Under the pieces are notes generated by a model. The model was not told the DNA's origin. It did no database searches and worked only from the letters and a program-made list of their open reading frames with translations. DNA of 64,000 bases from an uncultured Chloroflexia bacterium (GTDB lineage Bacteria; Chloroflexota; Limnocylindria; Limnocylindrales; CSP1-4), in contig CAVVNQ010000007.1 in the NCBI GenBank assembly GCA_963749705.1, positions 9,591 to 73,590 on the forward strand. Direction: 5' to 3'. The position numbers were made by a program, and so were the translations under genes. This document shows, one piece after another, positions 28,321 to 40,096 of this stretch. Within the stretch, counting starts at the first letter, position 1, and the number at the start of each line of letters is the position of its first letter.

Positions 28321-28800
28321 ATGTTCAGACCGCGGCTGCCGATGCGTCGTACGAGCGAGCGCGGGCACCGCCGACAAGCCGGCAGGATCCCGGAGGTCGC
28401 CCTCCCGGCCGAGGCCGCCGGCATTGTGGAGCGCGCCCGCCACCTGACGGCTGGCGAGATCGACCAACTCGACCTGGCTGAAGCGGAAGGGGCAGCCACG
28501 CGGGAGGTCATCTGGCACGTCCTGCGGGACCAGATCGACGGGGCGGGGTTGAAGGCCGAGCGCATGACAGCCCGGAATGCCGCGTGGGCGGCCGTCGAGC
28601 TGGCGGGCGCAGAGGCCGGCATCCCGGTACCGCCCGATGATCGGTCCTGGCGGCGCATGGGGGGGCGAGGCACCGGCGCGGCCCGGGCGGCGCGCTACGC
28701 CGCATGCCTGCTGGTCAGCCGCCAGCACGTCGACCCCGAGGTCTGCGATCTCATGATCGCTCCGTGGGCACGCGTGGTCGGCGAGCCGGACGGCTCCTGA
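28321..28800 (+). CDS. Hypothetical protein
   Basis: 159 aa. SD GGGAGGA 6 nt upstream of the ATG. Helical-looking sequence, and the opposite-strand ORFs are R/P-rich artefacts. No family recognised. Confidence 0.5.
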   Translation: MFRPRLPMRRTSERGHRRQAGRIPEVALPAEAAGIVERARHLTAGEIDQLDLAEAEGAATREVIWHVLRDQIDGAGLKAERMTARNAAWAAVELAGAEAGIPVPPDDRSWRRMGGRGTGAARAARYAACLLVSRQHVDPEVCDLMIAPWARVVGEPDGS

Positions 28801-28824
28801 AGCTCGGACGCCCCACCCTCTGGC

Positions 28825-29658
28825 TCAGCGCGGGCGAGGCTCGCTCACGCTCCAGCCGCCGCCGACCTCGACGACCTGGCCCGTCACCATCCGCGAGTCG
28901 GCGCTCAGCAGGTGGAGCGCGACCGGCGTGACCGAATCGGGATCGATCGGTCCGCCCGCGAGCGGCTGCCGGCCCGCGAGGTAGGCGAGGATGGCCGGGT
29001 CCTCCTGCGCGCGACGGCTCATCGGGGTCGCGACCAGCGCGGGCGCGATCGCGTTGACCCGGATGCGCTCCGGCGCGTAGTACGCCGCGACGGCGCGCGT
29101 GAACGCGTCGATGGCGCCCTTGCTCGCCGCGTACGCATGGGTCGCGAAATGGGCGGGTGCCGGATGCGTCGCGAGCACGCTCGACATCATCAGGATCACG
29201 CCGCGCTCGCCGCCGGCATCGGGTTCCTGGACGAGCATCCGGCGGATGGCTCCGCGGGCCACCAGGAACTGGCTCGTCGCATTCGATGCCAGCACCGTCT
29301 CCCAGCCTTCGAGCGTCGCCTCGTGGACCGGTCCATCGCCGAACCGGCGTCCGCTGATCCCGGCCACGCTGTACACCGCGTCCAGCCGCCCGAGCTGCCG
29401 GTCGAAGGCCTGGAACGCGTGATCGACGTCAGCCTCGTCGCGCAGATCCGCCGCCTCCGCGGCGCACCGGCCGCCTGAGCGCTCGATCTCCGCCGCGAGC
29501 TCGGCGGCGTGTTCCTCGGTCCTGGACACGACGAGCACCGACCCGCCCTCGGCCGCGATCGCGCGCGCCGCCGAGGCGGCCAGGCCCGTCGACCCGGTCA
29601 CGAGCACGTTGCGGCCGGCGAACCGCCCGCCGCTGACCGGGCCCGTCGATCCGGTCAC
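28825..29658 (-). CDS. Short-chain dehydrogenase/reductase (SDR)
   Basis: NVLVTGSTGLAASAARAIA cofactor motif, and YAASKGA catalytic Y-x3-K. GTG 29658 is the proposed start. Confidence 0.85.
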   Translation of the reverse strand: MTGSTGPVSGGRFAGRNVLVTGSTGLAASAARAIAAEGGSVLVVSRTEEHAAELAAEIERSGGRCAAEAADLRDEADVDHAFQAFDRQLGRLDAVYSVAGISGRRFGDGPVHEATLEGWETVLASNATSQFLVARGAIRRMLVQEPDAGGERGVILMMSSVLATHPAPAHFATHAYAASKGAIDAFTRAVAAYYAPERIRVNAIAPALVATPMSRRAQEDPAILAYLAGRQPLAGGPIDPDSVTPVALHLLSADSRMVTGQVVEVGGGWSVSEPRPR

Positions 29659-29713
29659 GAGACCGCCGGCCCGCCCGGGTTCACGGTGCGGCCGGGGAAC
29701 CGAGCGCCATCGG

Positions 29714-30364
29714 TCAACGCCGGACCTCGCGGGGCGCGACGGACTCGACGATCGACCGCCGGGTGGCGGTATCTCCCAGCGCCAGTGCGGTGCCGATCCC
29801 GACCGCGGCCGCCCCGGACTCGAGATACGCGGCGGCGCTGGCCGCATCGATGCCGCCGGTCGGGATGAGCTGCGCGTCGGGCATCGAGCCACGGAGCCCG
29901 CGCACGAATGCCGGCCCGACCGACGCGGCCGGGAACAGCTTGACGAACGTGGCTCCGGCCGCCCACGCGGTCGCGATCTCGGTCGGCGTGAACGCACCGG
30001 GGATGAACGGCATGGCCTCGTCGACGGCGGTCGCCACGAGCGACGGGTCGAGCAGCGGCGCGACGGCGAAGTCGGCGCCCGCCCGGCGGGCCGCCTCGAG
30101 CTCGTTCCGCCGGAGCACGCTGCCGGCGCCGACCAGGAACGGTCCGTCCGTCCGCGCCTGCAGGTGGGCCCGTACCGCGGCGAGGTCGGTCTCGGCCGTG
30201 TGCGTCTCGAGCCGGATCTCGAACACCCTCGCGCCCGCATCCGCGAGCTCCTCGACGAGCGCGAGCAGGCCGACGTCGGCACTGGTCGGGCGGAGCACCG
30301 CGAGCAGCCGGTGACGGCGGATGAGGTCGGCGATCGGCCCGGACCTGAGTGTGTCGACGGTCAT
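29714..30364 (-). CDS. eda: KDPG/KHG aldolase family (Eda-like)
   Basis: 216 aa. VFEIRLET, PGAFTPTEI, FVKLFPA (Schiff-base Lys), IPTGGI motifs. Confidence 0.85.
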   Translation of the reverse strand: MTVDTLRSGPIADLIRRHRLLAVLRPTSADVGLLALVEELADAGARVFEIRLETHTAETDLAAVRAHLQARTDGPFLVGAGSVLRRNELEAARRAGADFAVAPLLDPSLVATAVDEAMPFIPGAFTPTEIATAWAAGATFVKLFPAASVGPAFVRGLRGSMPDAQLIPTGGIDAASAAAYLESGAAAVGIGTALALGDTATRRSIVESVAPREVRR

Positions 30365-31662
30365 CCTGTCCCTACCTCCATGCCGATCGTGTCCAGCAGC
30401 GCGCCGTCGGCCAGCAGCCGCTCCCGGATATCACCCGCCGGCACGGCCCGCGGTGTCATGCCGCCCGCGGCGGCGAGCATGGCGGCCGTTCCGGCGGCCT
30501 GGCCCATGGCCATGCAGGTTGCCATCGATCGCGCCGACGCGTGCGCATCGTGCGTCGCGGAGAAGCAGCGGCCCGCAACGAGGAGGCCTTCGATGCCCGC
30601 CGGGAGGAGGCACCGGTAGGGGATGCCGTACACGCCCCGGTCGCCCACGTAGTCCCACGCCGTGTCGCCGCCGGCATGGTGATCCTCGATCGGCGCCCCG
30701 CACAGCGCGATCTCGTCCGCGAACCGTCGTCCGCCGAGCACGTCATCGCGGGTCAGCCGGTGGTCGCCGTGGATGCGCCGGCTCTCGCGGATCCCGATCG
30801 CGGGGCTGGTCGCGACGATCACGGCCTGCTCGAACCCGGGAACGCGATCCCGGAGGAACCGGTGGTACTCCTGGACCTGGCGCCGGCCCTCGACCTCGGC
30901 GCGGGTGAGCTGCTCCGGGTCGGTCGCGTCGACGTTCGGGATCCGGGTCATGTGGACGAGGACGACGCCCGGGTACGGCGTCCGGTGCCACGAGCCCTCG
31001 ATCCGCGGCAGGCGATATCGCCCCTCCGCTGCCGCCTCGCGCATCCGCGCCACCAGCTCAGCCCTCGATACCGCGCGAGCGCGCTCGACGTCCACATTGG
31101 CGACCTTGAACAGCGTGGACAGCGACTGGACCTGTCCGGTGGTGGTGGCGTCGTCGTACCGGGCGCCCGCCATCGCGCTGACATCGGCGTCCCCCGAGGC
31201 ATCCACGAACACCGCGGCCTCGACCCATCGCTCGCCGCCCTTGTTCCACAGCCGGATCGCGGTCAGCCGGCCGTCGTCCGCGACGCGCGCGCCGGTCGCC
31301 CAGGTGTGGAGCAGCAGCTCGACCCCGGCGTCCTCGGCGAGTCGCTCCCAGAGCACCTTGAGCGCCTCGGCGTCGTAGGTCACCCCGGTGCCGGCGCCAT
31401 AGGTGTTGGGGCGCTCGAAGGCGACGCCGTCCTCGGTCAGCCGTTGCGCGACCTCCCAGCCGAGGCCGCCGACGACCCTCCGCGGCCGCTCGCCCGGCGT
31501 GTAGAACGCGTAGAACGTGTCCAGGACGGCGGTCGATGTCCCGCCCATGAACGCGAGCCGGTCGAGGAGCAGCGTGCGCGCGCCGAGCCGGGCGGCCGTG
31601 ATCGCGGCGGCCGAGCCGGCGGCGCCCGATCCGATGACCACGACGTCGAACGGCCCCGTCAA
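30361..31662 (-). CDS. FAD-dependent oxidoreductase (PF12831-like)
   Basis: FDVVVIGSGAAGSAAAITAARLG, and C-terminal GRCFSATHDAHASARSMATCMAMGQAAG typical of this family. Confidence 0.8.
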   Translation of the reverse strand: MTGPFDVVVIGSGAAGSAAAITAARLGARTLLLDRLAFMGGTSTAVLDTFYAFYTPGERPRRVVGGLGWEVAQRLTEDGVAFERPNTYGAGTGVTYDAEALKVLWERLAEDAGVELLLHTWATGARVADDGRLTAIRLWNKGGERWVEAAVFVDASGDADVSAMAGARYDDATTTGQVQSLSTLFKVANVDVERARAVSRAELVARMREAAAEGRYRLPRIEGSWHRTPYPGVVLVHMTRIPNVDATDPEQLTRAEVEGRRQVQEYHRFLRDRVPGFEQAVIVATSPAIGIRESRRIHGDHRLTRDDVLGGRRFADEIALCGAPIEDHHAGGDTAWDYVGDRGVYGIPYRCLLPAGIEGLLVAGRCFSATHDAHASARSMATCMAMGQAAGTAAMLAAAGGMTPRAVPAGDIRERLLADGALLDTIGMEVGTG

Positions 31663-32654
31663 GCGCCCGCTCCGTCGACCCGAACCGCGCCGGCCGCGGC
31701 GCCCGCACCGCCGCCGATGGCGTACAGCCGGGCCGGGTTGCGGACCAGGATCAGGTCCGCGGCGTCGTCGCCCAGCCGCCGCCGCAGTCGCGGCACGAAG
31801 GTGGCCATCAGGTACCGCAGCCCGGGCCCTCCCTCGTAGGCACGCAGGTAGCCGCGCTGGCCGAGGTCGAGGCCGAGCACGATCCGATCGAGATGCCCCG
31901 CCGCTGCCACGGCCTCGATCAGGTCGAGCACCGTGCTGTCCGGGTGGTACTTGGTCCGCCCGATCGTGTCGTACTCGAGGGTCACGCCCCTGGCCGCGAT
32001 CTCGGCGTGGAGCTCGGCGTCCGGGTTGCGATCGAGGTGCGCGAGCGCGACCCGCCCGGGGGCTGCCCCGGCCGCCACCAGCGCGTCGACGATCTCGTGA
32101 CCGGCGGTCCCGATCTCGGTGTGGACGAGCACGGCGGCACCGGTCGCGGCGCTCGCGCCGCCGATGGCCTCGAGCCGTCGTCGCTCGCCACGCGTGATCC
32201 GGTGGTAGGACGCCCCGCCCTTGATCGCGCCCGCACGGGCGGGGTCCGGCGGCAGCCCGGGGTCGAGCCAGTCGGCGGGGTGCATGCCCACCGTGAGGTC
32301 GGCGACGACCCGGTCCGCGAGCACCTCGACGGGGGCCGAGTGGACCCAGTGGTCCGCGGGGTAGTGCCAGTCACGGTGGTACCCGGTGGCGGCGACGATC
32401 GTGACCCCGGTCGCCCCGGCGATCGCCCGCAGCCGGTCCGGCCGGCGCCCCAGCCCGATCGGCGTCATCTCGACGATCGTGCCGATCCCGCTCGTCCGTG
32501 CGTCGCGCACCTCCTCGATCGAGCGCTCGACGTCCGTGAACGCGCCGGCCGGGTCGGCGGGCGAGTCGAGGATCAGGTGGTCGTGGGCATCGACCACGCC
32601 CAGCGCCGCCGCGGGACGGGGACCGGTGACGGCGATGACGTGGGCCTCGGGCAC
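31659..32654 (-). CDS. Phosphotriesterase-related (PTE/PHP family) amidohydrolase-fold hydrolase
   Basis: GVVDAHDHLIL first metal motif and VLVHTE. GTG 32654 is preceded by the strong SD GGAGGAGGG. Confidence 0.78.
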   Translation of the reverse strand: MPEAHVIAVTGPRPAAALGVVDAHDHLILDSPADPAGAFTDVERSIEEVRDARTSGIGTIVEMTPIGLGRRPDRLRAIAGATGVTIVAATGYHRDWHYPADHWVHSAPVEVLADRVVADLTVGMHPADWLDPGLPPDPARAGAIKGGASYHRITRGERRRLEAIGGASAATGAAVLVHTEIGTAGHEIVDALVAAGAAPGRVALAHLDRNPDAELHAEIAARGVTLEYDTIGRTKYHPDSTVLDLIEAVAAAGHLDRIVLGLDLGQRGYLRAYEGGPGLRYLMATFVPRLRRRLGDDAADLILVRNPARLYAIGGGAGAAAGAVRVDGAGA

Positions 32655-32841
32655 CCGACCCTCCTCCGCGACCGCGCCCCGGCGGGCGCCGGGCTGCTCA
32701 CGATGGTACCCGCGGGACCCGCGCAAGGAACGCGGGCCGGGACCTTCGAGCCGGCGATGGGGTCCGACCTGCAGACCTGCGGGCGGAATTGCGGGCCGTT
32801 CGGCTCATTGAGCGCAGCGCCTCCGGCCCGACGCTAGAACC

Positions 32842-35292
32842 ATGGCTGCGACCGTCCATCCGGACGTGCGCGTCCCGGCCGTCAGCGACCGGCGATGCGC
32901 TCGCGCTCTCGTCGTCGAGGGCGTGGTCCAGGGTGTCGGCTTCCGACCGTTCGTGTGGCGCCTGGCCACCGAGCTGGACCTGGCCGGGCGGGTCCGGAAC
33001 GCCGCCGGCCGCGTCGAGATCGAGGCCGCCGGGGCACCGGCCGCCCTCGATGCGCTGGCTCGACGGCTGCGGTCCGATGCCCCGCCGCGCGCCCGCGTGG
33101 AACGCGTCACGGTGCGCGACCTGGGCGCCGACGACGACACCCTGCCCCGGCCGTTCGAGATCGTCGAGAGCGTGGGCGCGGCCGGCACGGACCGGCTGTT
33201 CCCGCCCGACATCGCGACCTGCGACGCGTGCCTGGCCGAGCTGCGCGATCCGGCGGACCGGCGGTATCGCTATCCGTTCACGAACTGCACCGACTGCGGG
33301 CCACGGGCCACGATCATCGACCAGCTCCCGTACGACCGATCGCAGACCACGATGCGGGCCTTCCCGCTGTGCCCGGCGTGCGACGCCGAGTACCGGGACC
33401 CCGCGGATCGCCGGTTCCACGCAGAGCCGGTCGCCTGCCCGGACTGCGGACCGAGGCTCGCCTGGCGGCCGACGGGCGCCGCCGCTCCGGTCGCGGCGGG
33501 CGACGCGGCCCTGGCCGCCGCCGTGCGCCTGCTGCTCGACGGCGGGATCGTCGCGGTCAAGGGCCTGGGTGGCTACCAGCTCGCCTGCGACGCGACGAGC
33601 GAGGAGGCCGTGATGCGGCTCCGGGATCGCAAGCGGCGCTGGGCGAAGCCGTTCGCGATCATGGTCCGGGACCTCGGCGCCGCGCGGGTCCTGTGCCGGA
33701 TCGGGGCGGCCGAGCGCCGCCTGCTGACGGGACCGGCGCGACCGATCGTGCTCCTCGAGGCCCGGCGCGACGTCCGGCCCGGGCTCGCCCCGACTCTCGC
33801 CCCGGCCGTCGCGGCGGGAAATCGCCGGCTGGGCGTGTTCCTGCCCTGCACGCCGCTCCACCATCTCCTCATGGCCGACCTCGACCGGCCGATCGTGCTC
33901 ACCTCCGGCAACCTCACCGACGAGCCGCTGGCCACCGACGACGCCGACGCCCTGGCCCGCCTGTCGGGCCTCGCCGACGGCTTCCTGGTCCACGACCGCG
34001 AGATCCGGGCGCGGTACGACGACTCGGTCACGCGCGTCGTCGCGGGCCGCGAGTCGATCGTGCGCCGCGCCCGCGGCTACGCCCCGGACCCGGTCGACCT
34101 GCCCCTGCCCACACCGACACCGCTGCTCGCGGTGGGCGCCGAGCTCAAGCACACGTTCACGCTGGCTCGCGGCGGGCGTGCCCACGTCGCGCCGCATAAC
34201 GGCGACCTCGAGGATCTCGCGACCCACCGGGCGTTCACCGACGGGCTCGCCCACCTGTCGCGGCTGCTCTCGCTCGAGCCCGAGGTCGTCGTCCACGACC
34301 TCCACCCCGAGTACCTCTCGACCAAGTACGCGATCGAGCGGTTCCCGCCGTCCCGCCGGATCGCCGTCCAGCACCACCACGCGCACGTCGCCTCGTGCGC
34401 CGCCGAGCACGGGATCACCGAGCCGGTCCTGGGCGTCGCCTACGACGGCCTGGGCATGGGCGACGACGGGACCCTGTGGGGCGGCGAGCTGCTGCTGGCC
34501 GACCTGCGCGGGTACCGGCGGCTGGCACGGTTCGGCCGGGCCCCGCTGCCCGGCGGCGCGCTCGCGGTCCGGCGGCCGTACCGGATGGCGCTCGGGTACC
34601 TGTTCGGCGCCGAGGCGCTCGACGGACGCGGGGACGTGCCCGGCATCCCGCTCGCCGACGACGCCATCGCCGGGTTCCTCGCCCGCCTCGAGGCCCGCGA
34701 GGTCGCGCTCGTTCGCACCCAGGTCGCGCGGCGGCTCAACGCGCCCGTCGCCTCGTCGGCCGGTCGCCTGTTCGATGCCGCCGCGGCGCTGCTCGGGATC
34801 CGCGACATCGCCGAGTTCGAGGCGCAGGCGGCCGTCGATCTCGAGCTCGCGGCCGGCGACCGGGCCGCCCGATCGCTCCCGTACGCCATCGGGCGGTCGG
34901 AGGGGCTGCTGGTCTACGACCCGCGCCCGACGCTGGCCGCGCTCGTGGTCGCCCGGGCGGGCGGTGCCGCCGTGGCGCCGCTGGCGGCCGCCTTCCAGGA
35001 GACGATCGCGGACGTCACCCGGACGCTCCTGTCCGAGGCACGGGCAGCAACCGGCGTGCGCACCGTGTGCCTGTCGGGCGGCGTGTTCCAGAACCGGCGG
35101 CTCGCGTCCACGCTGCTCCGGCGGCTGGCGCGCGACGGGTTCGAGGTGTTCATCAATCGACGCGTTCCCGTCAACGACGGCGGGGTGAGCTACGGCCAGG
35201 CCGCGATCGGTGCCGCACGGCTCGGCTCGGCGTCCGGCGCCGCACGGCTCGGATCGGGCGCCGTCCCGACGACCCCGGCGACGGAGGGCTGA
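32842..35292 (+). CDS. hypF: [NiFe]-hydrogenase maturation carbamoyltransferase HypF
   Basis: Acylphosphatase domain (VQGVGFRPFVWRLA), two zinc-finger motifs (CDACLAEL...YPFTNCTDCGPR; CPACDAEY...CPDCGP), and YrdC and Kae1-like domains. Confidence 0.95.
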   Translation: MAATVHPDVRVPAVSDRRCARALVVEGVVQGVGFRPFVWRLATELDLAGRVRNAAGRVEIEAAGAPAALDALARRLRSDAPPRARVERVTVRDLGADDDTLPRPFEIVESVGAAGTDRLFPPDIATCDACLAELRDPADRRYRYPFTNCTDCGPRATIIDQLPYDRSQTTMRAFPLCPACDAEYRDPADRRFHAEPVACPDCGPRLAWRPTGAAAPVAAGDAALAAAVRLLLDGGIVAVKGLGGYQLACDATSEEAVMRLRDRKRRWAKPFAIMVRDLGAARVLCRIGAAERRLLTGPARPIVLLEARRDVRPGLAPTLAPAVAAGNRRLGVFLPCTPLHHLLMADLDRPIVLTSGNLTDEPLATDDADALARLSGLADGFLVHDREIRARYDDSVTRVVAGRESIVRRARGYAPDPVDLPLPTPTPLLAVGAELKHTFTLARGGRAHVAPHNGDLEDLATHRAFTDGLAHLSRLLSLEPEVVVHDLHPEYLSTKYAIERFPPSRRIAVQHHHAHVASCAAEHGITEPVLGVAYDGLGMGDDGTLWGGELLLADLRGYRRLARFGRAPLPGGALAVRRPYRMALGYLFGAEALDGRGDVPGIPLADDAIAGFLARLEAREVALVRTQVARRLNAPVASSAGRLFDAAAALLGIRDIAEFEAQAAVDLELAAGDRAARSLPYAIGRSEGLLVYDPRPTLAALVVARAGGAAVAPLAAAFQETIADVTRTLLSEARAATGVRTVCLSGGVFQNRRLASTLLRRLARDGFEVFINRRVPVNDGGVSYGQAAIGAARLGSASGAARLGSGAVPTTPATEG

Positions 35293-35296
35293 TCGG

Positions 35297-35643
35297 ATGT
35301 GTCTCGGCATCCCGGGCAGGGTCACGGAGATCCATGACGAGGCGGGGCTCGCCATGGGCAGGGTCGACTTCGGCGGCGTCCGCAAGGAGGCCTGCCTGGC
35401 ATACCTGCCCGACGTCGCTCCCGGCGACTACGTGATCGTCCACGTCGGCTTCGCGATCTCGAAGGTGGACGAGGCGGAGGCGCTCAAGACGCTCGAGATC
35501 CTGGCGACGATGGGCGTGGTCGAGCCGGAGCTGATGACGATGGGGCCGGGCATGGCGGAGCCCGCGGTGGTGTCCGACGAGGTGGCCGGCGACGCGAACC
35601 CGCTGGACCACGCGCCCCGGCCGGCAACGAACGGCGGGTCGTC

Positions 35644-35647
<4 letters not shown>
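35297..35647 (+). CDS. hypC: Hydrogenase maturation chaperone HypC (HupF/HypC family) with a long C-terminal tail
   Basis: Diagnostic MCLGIPG N-terminus, then [11 protein letters not shown]. 116 aa, versus the usual 75-95. Confidence 0.9.
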
Positions 35648-36815
<1,168 letters not shown>

Positions 36816-36819
<4 letters not shown>

Positions 36820-37907
36820 CCTCGTCGAGTGAGCCTCGGATCGCGATCGACGCCACCGTCGACGCCACCGGCGCCGTCTGCCCGGCGCCGATCCCGGAGG
36901 ACCAGCGCGTGATCCTCGGGCACGGCTCCGGCGGGCAGCTGTCGAACGCCCTGATGCGTGACCTGCTGGTGCCCGCGCTGGCCGTTGCCGCGCCCGGCGG
37001 CCCGCTCAACGACGCGGCCGTGGTCGAGGTCGCCGGCACGCGCGTCGCGTTCACCACCGACTCGTTCGTGGTGTCGCCGATCCGGTTCCCGGGCGGCGAC
37101 ATCGGGGAGCTGGCCGTCAACGGCACCGTCAACGACCTCGCGATGATGGGCGCCCAGCCGCTCGCGCTCAGCCTCGCCTACGTGATCGAGGAAGGGCTGC
37201 CGCTCGAGGAGCTGCGCGCGATCACGGCGTCCGCGGCCGCCGCGGCTGCCCGGGCCGGCGCGAGCATCGTGACCGGCGACACCAAGGTCGTCGGGCGGGG
37301 CGCCGCGGACCGGCTGTTCGTCAACACCTCCGGGATCGGGCTCGTCCCCGACGGCGTCAGCCTTTCGGCGGACCGGGCGCAGCCGGGCGATGCCGTCATC
37401 CTGTCGGGCCCGATCGGCCTCCACGGCGTCGCGATCATGAGCGTCCGCGAGGGGCTCGAGTTCGAGGTCGAGATCGCGTCGGACACCCAGGCGCTCAACG
37501 TGCTCGTTGCTGCGATCCTCGCCGTTGAGCCGGACGTCCGGGTGCTGCGGGACCCGACGCGCGGCGGCCTGTCATCCGCGCTCAACGAGATCGCCGCCGC
37601 GTCCCGCGTGGGCATGGTCCTCGACGAGCCGGCGATCCCGGTCCCGGGGCCCGTCCGCGCCGCCTGCGAGCTCCTTGGGCTGGATCCGCTCCACGTCGCC
37701 AACGAGGGCAAGCTGGTGGCCATCGTGCCGGCGGCCTCGGCGGACGCGGTGCTCGCGGCGATGCGTGTCCTCCCCGAGGGCGCCGAGGCCGCCACGATCG
37801 GGAGCATCGTGGCCGACCACCCGGGCATGGTCACGATCCGTACGATCGTCGGCAGCGAGCGCATCGTGGACATGCTGGTCGGGGAGCAGCTGCCCCGGAT
37901 CTGCTGA
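36816..37907 (+). CDS. hypE: Hydrogenase maturation protein HypE
   Basis: AIR-synthase-like fold, GHGSGG, TGDTKVV, and the diagnostic C-terminal PRIC. Confidence 0.95.
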
Positions 37908-37934
37908 TCGGGCGAAGCCCCGAGCCGGGCCGGG

Positions 37935-38357
37935 TCAATGGCTGGGGCGATCCCCGTGGTCGCGGGTCTCGTACAGCTTGGACACGACTCGTCCCATGCC
38001 GTAGCCGATGGTCACGGGGGCGGAGAACCAGATCGCGGCGAGCACGCCCGAGATCGGGTCCAGCGGCACCGGTCGTCCGACGCCGAACGAGAGGAACAGG
38101 ATCAGGATCATCCCAAGCAGGACGCCGATCAGCACGACCATCAGGCCCGTCCAGCCACGCGTGATCAGCCCTGCGGTGCCGCCGCCCAGCAGCAGCAGGA
38201 TGGGCGAGATCACGACGGCGGTCATCGCGCAATCGCTGTTGAACCCCTGGCCGACGCACCCGAGGTTGGCGCCCCCGAACACCGCCAGCGGGCAGGCGAT
38301 GGTCGCGATCAGGAGCGCGGCGACGTCCCGTGCCCCGCTGTAACGCACCGGTTCCAT
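37935..38357 (-). CDS. Small integral membrane protein, unknown function
   Basis: 140 aa with four hydrophobic spans. Only the 3' part of ORF 37935..38894 looks coding. Confidence 0.55.
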   Translation of the reverse strand: MEPVRYSGARDVAALLIATIACPLAVFGGANLGCVGQGFNSDCAMTAVVISPILLLLGGGTAGLITRGWTGLMVVLIGVLLGMILILFLSFGVGRPVPLDPISGVLAAIWFSAPVTIGYGMGRVVSKLYETRDHGDRPSH

Positions 38358-38461
38358 GCGTCCCTCCTCTGCGTCACCAATGATGCGCTGACCGGGCGGC
38401 CCCGGGAAGGGCTTTGCGGGCGATGCATGATGCCCGGCCGTGGGGATGTGCGGTCGATGCG

Positions 38462-38492
38462 CCGAGGCCCCTCCGTTCGGGAGGGGCCTCGG
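38462..38492 (-). terminator. Perfect 13-bp GC hairpin downstream of the NCS1 permease gene (U-tract-less terminator candidate)
   Basis: ccgaggcccctcc / gttcg / ggaggggcctcgg, 42 nt beyond the stop at 38534. Confidence 0.6.
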
Positions 38493-38533
38493 ACCGTTTG
38501 CAGCCTTTCGCGCCGGCGAAGCCGGCCGCGAGG

Positions 38534-40096
38534 TCAGGCGGTCTGCTCCGCCATCCGGGGCCGGTCGAGCACGTACGACAGCGCGTAGTACAGGGCTCCG
38601 GACACGATCAGGCCGACCACCCAGCTGTAGTCGTAGAGCGACTTCAGGACCGGGATGATGCCGTCGGCCGGGAACGGCTGGCCACCGGGGTTGGAGTACG
38701 CCCCGCCGATCGCGAAGAAGATGCCGACGAGGAGCGAGACGACCGCGATCCAGTTCCAGCCACGGACGTAGCGATACACGCCCGAAGGCCGGTACAGGTC
38801 GGCCAGCTTGAGCTTGGTGCGACGCACCAGCCAGTAGTCGACGATCAGGACGCCGGCGATGGCGCCGGTGGCGCCGCCGTAGGTGCCCAGCCACGTGAAG
38901 ATGTAGGCGTTGGGGTCGTTGAGCAGGTTCCAGGGCTGGATCACGATGCCGACGATGCCCGTGATGATGCCGCCGGTCCGGAACGAGATCATCCGCGGCC
39001 AGACGTTCGAGAAGTCGTACGACGGGCTCACGACGTTGGCCGCGACGTTCGTGGTCAGCGTTGCGAGCGCGAGGGTCGCGAGCATGATGATCAGGACGAT
39101 GGGGTTGTCCAGCCGGCTCGTCAGGGCGACCGGGTCCCAGATCGCCTCACCGTAGACGACGACCGTCGCCGACGTGGTCAGGACGCCGACCAGCGGGAAC
39201 AGGGTCATCGTGGTCGGCAGCCCAAGGGCCTGGCCGTAGGCCTGGTCACGCTGGCTGCGGCCGAACCGGGTGAAGTCGGGCATGTTGAGCGACAGGGTGG
39301 ACCAGAACGCGATCATGCCCATCAGCGAGATCGGGAAGATGGCCCAGAAGCCGCTGCCCCAGCCGAGGGTGCCCGGCTCCTGGACGACGCTGCCGAAGTC
39401 GCCGGCCTGCGCGATCATCCAGACCATGAGGCCCAGGAACACGACGATCAGGAACGGGGCGGCCCAGCTCTCGAACCTCTTGATCGCTTCCATGCCCCAC
39501 AGGATGACGATCATGTTCAGGGCCCAGAACACGGCGAAGCTCAGCCACAGGGTCCACGGCTGGGCAGCCGCGACGCCGAAGCCGATCGAGATCTTGTCCG
39601 CGGTCATCCACCAGGAGTCGCTGCCCAGCAGGGCCCCGACCACGGCGAACAGCGCCGATCCGCCGATCCACGTCTGGATCCCGAACCAGGCGCAGGCGAC
39701 GAGGGCCCGGATGAGCGCCGGCAGGTTGGCGCCGACGACGCCGAACGACGCGCGCGCGATCACCGGGTAGGGGATGCCGTACTTGGTCCCGGCATGGCTG
39801 ATCAACAGCATCGGGACGAGGACGATGAGGTTGCCCAGGAAGATCGTCATGATCGCCTGGGTCCACGACATCCCGAGGGCGATCAGGCCGGAGGCCAGCA
39901 GCCAGCTCGGGATGTTGATGGACATGCCCACCCACAGCGCGAGGTAGTTGTAGGTGCTCCAGTTCCGCCGGCTGATCGGGACCGGGGCAAGGTCCGCGTT
40001 GTGCAGCGGGTACTGATCGAGGCTGCGATCCACGTCGGCGTTCAGCTCGATTCGGCCGTCCGAGAGGATGTTCTGCTCTGCCGAAGCTAGTGCCAT
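38534..40096 (-). CDS. NCS1-family nucleobase/hydantoin/allantoin:cation symporter
   Basis: 520 aa, 12 TM. N-terminal DLAPVPISRRNWSTYNYLALWVGMSINIPSW signature. SD GGAGGGAGG. Confidence 0.9.
   Translation of the reverse strand: MALASAEQNILSDGRIELNADVDRSLDQYPLHNADLAPVPISRRNWSTYNYLALWVGMSINIPSWLLASGLIALGMSWTQAIMTIFLGNLIVLVPMLLISHAGTKYGIPYPVIARASFGVVGANLPALIRALVACAWFGIQTWIGGSALFAVVGALLGSDSWWMTADKISIGFGVAAAQPWTLWLSFAVFWALNMIVILWGMEAIKRFESWAAPFLIVVFLGLMVWMIAQAGDFGSVVQEPGTLGWGSGFWAIFPISLMGMIAFWSTLSLNMPDFTRFGRSQRDQAYGQALGLPTTMTLFPLVGVLTTSATVVVYGEAIWDPVALTSRLDNPIVLIIMLATLALATLTTNVAANVVSPSYDFSNVWPRMISFRTGGIITGIVGIVIQPWNLLNDPNAYIFTWLGTYGGATGAIAGVLIVDYWLVRRTKLKLADLYRPSGVYRYVRGWNWIAVVSLLVGIFFAIGGAYSNPGGQPFPADGIIPVLKSLYDYSWVVGLIVSGALYYALSYVLDRPRMAEQTA

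Noticed and set aside
29585-29660. Duplicated VTGSTG-encoding segment at the 5' end of the SDR gene (gtcgacccggtcacgag / gtcgatccggtcacgag)
   Set aside because: It is a short imperfect 17-nt repeat that may just reflect start-region ambiguity. No evidence of function beyond extending the N-terminus by ~17 aa.
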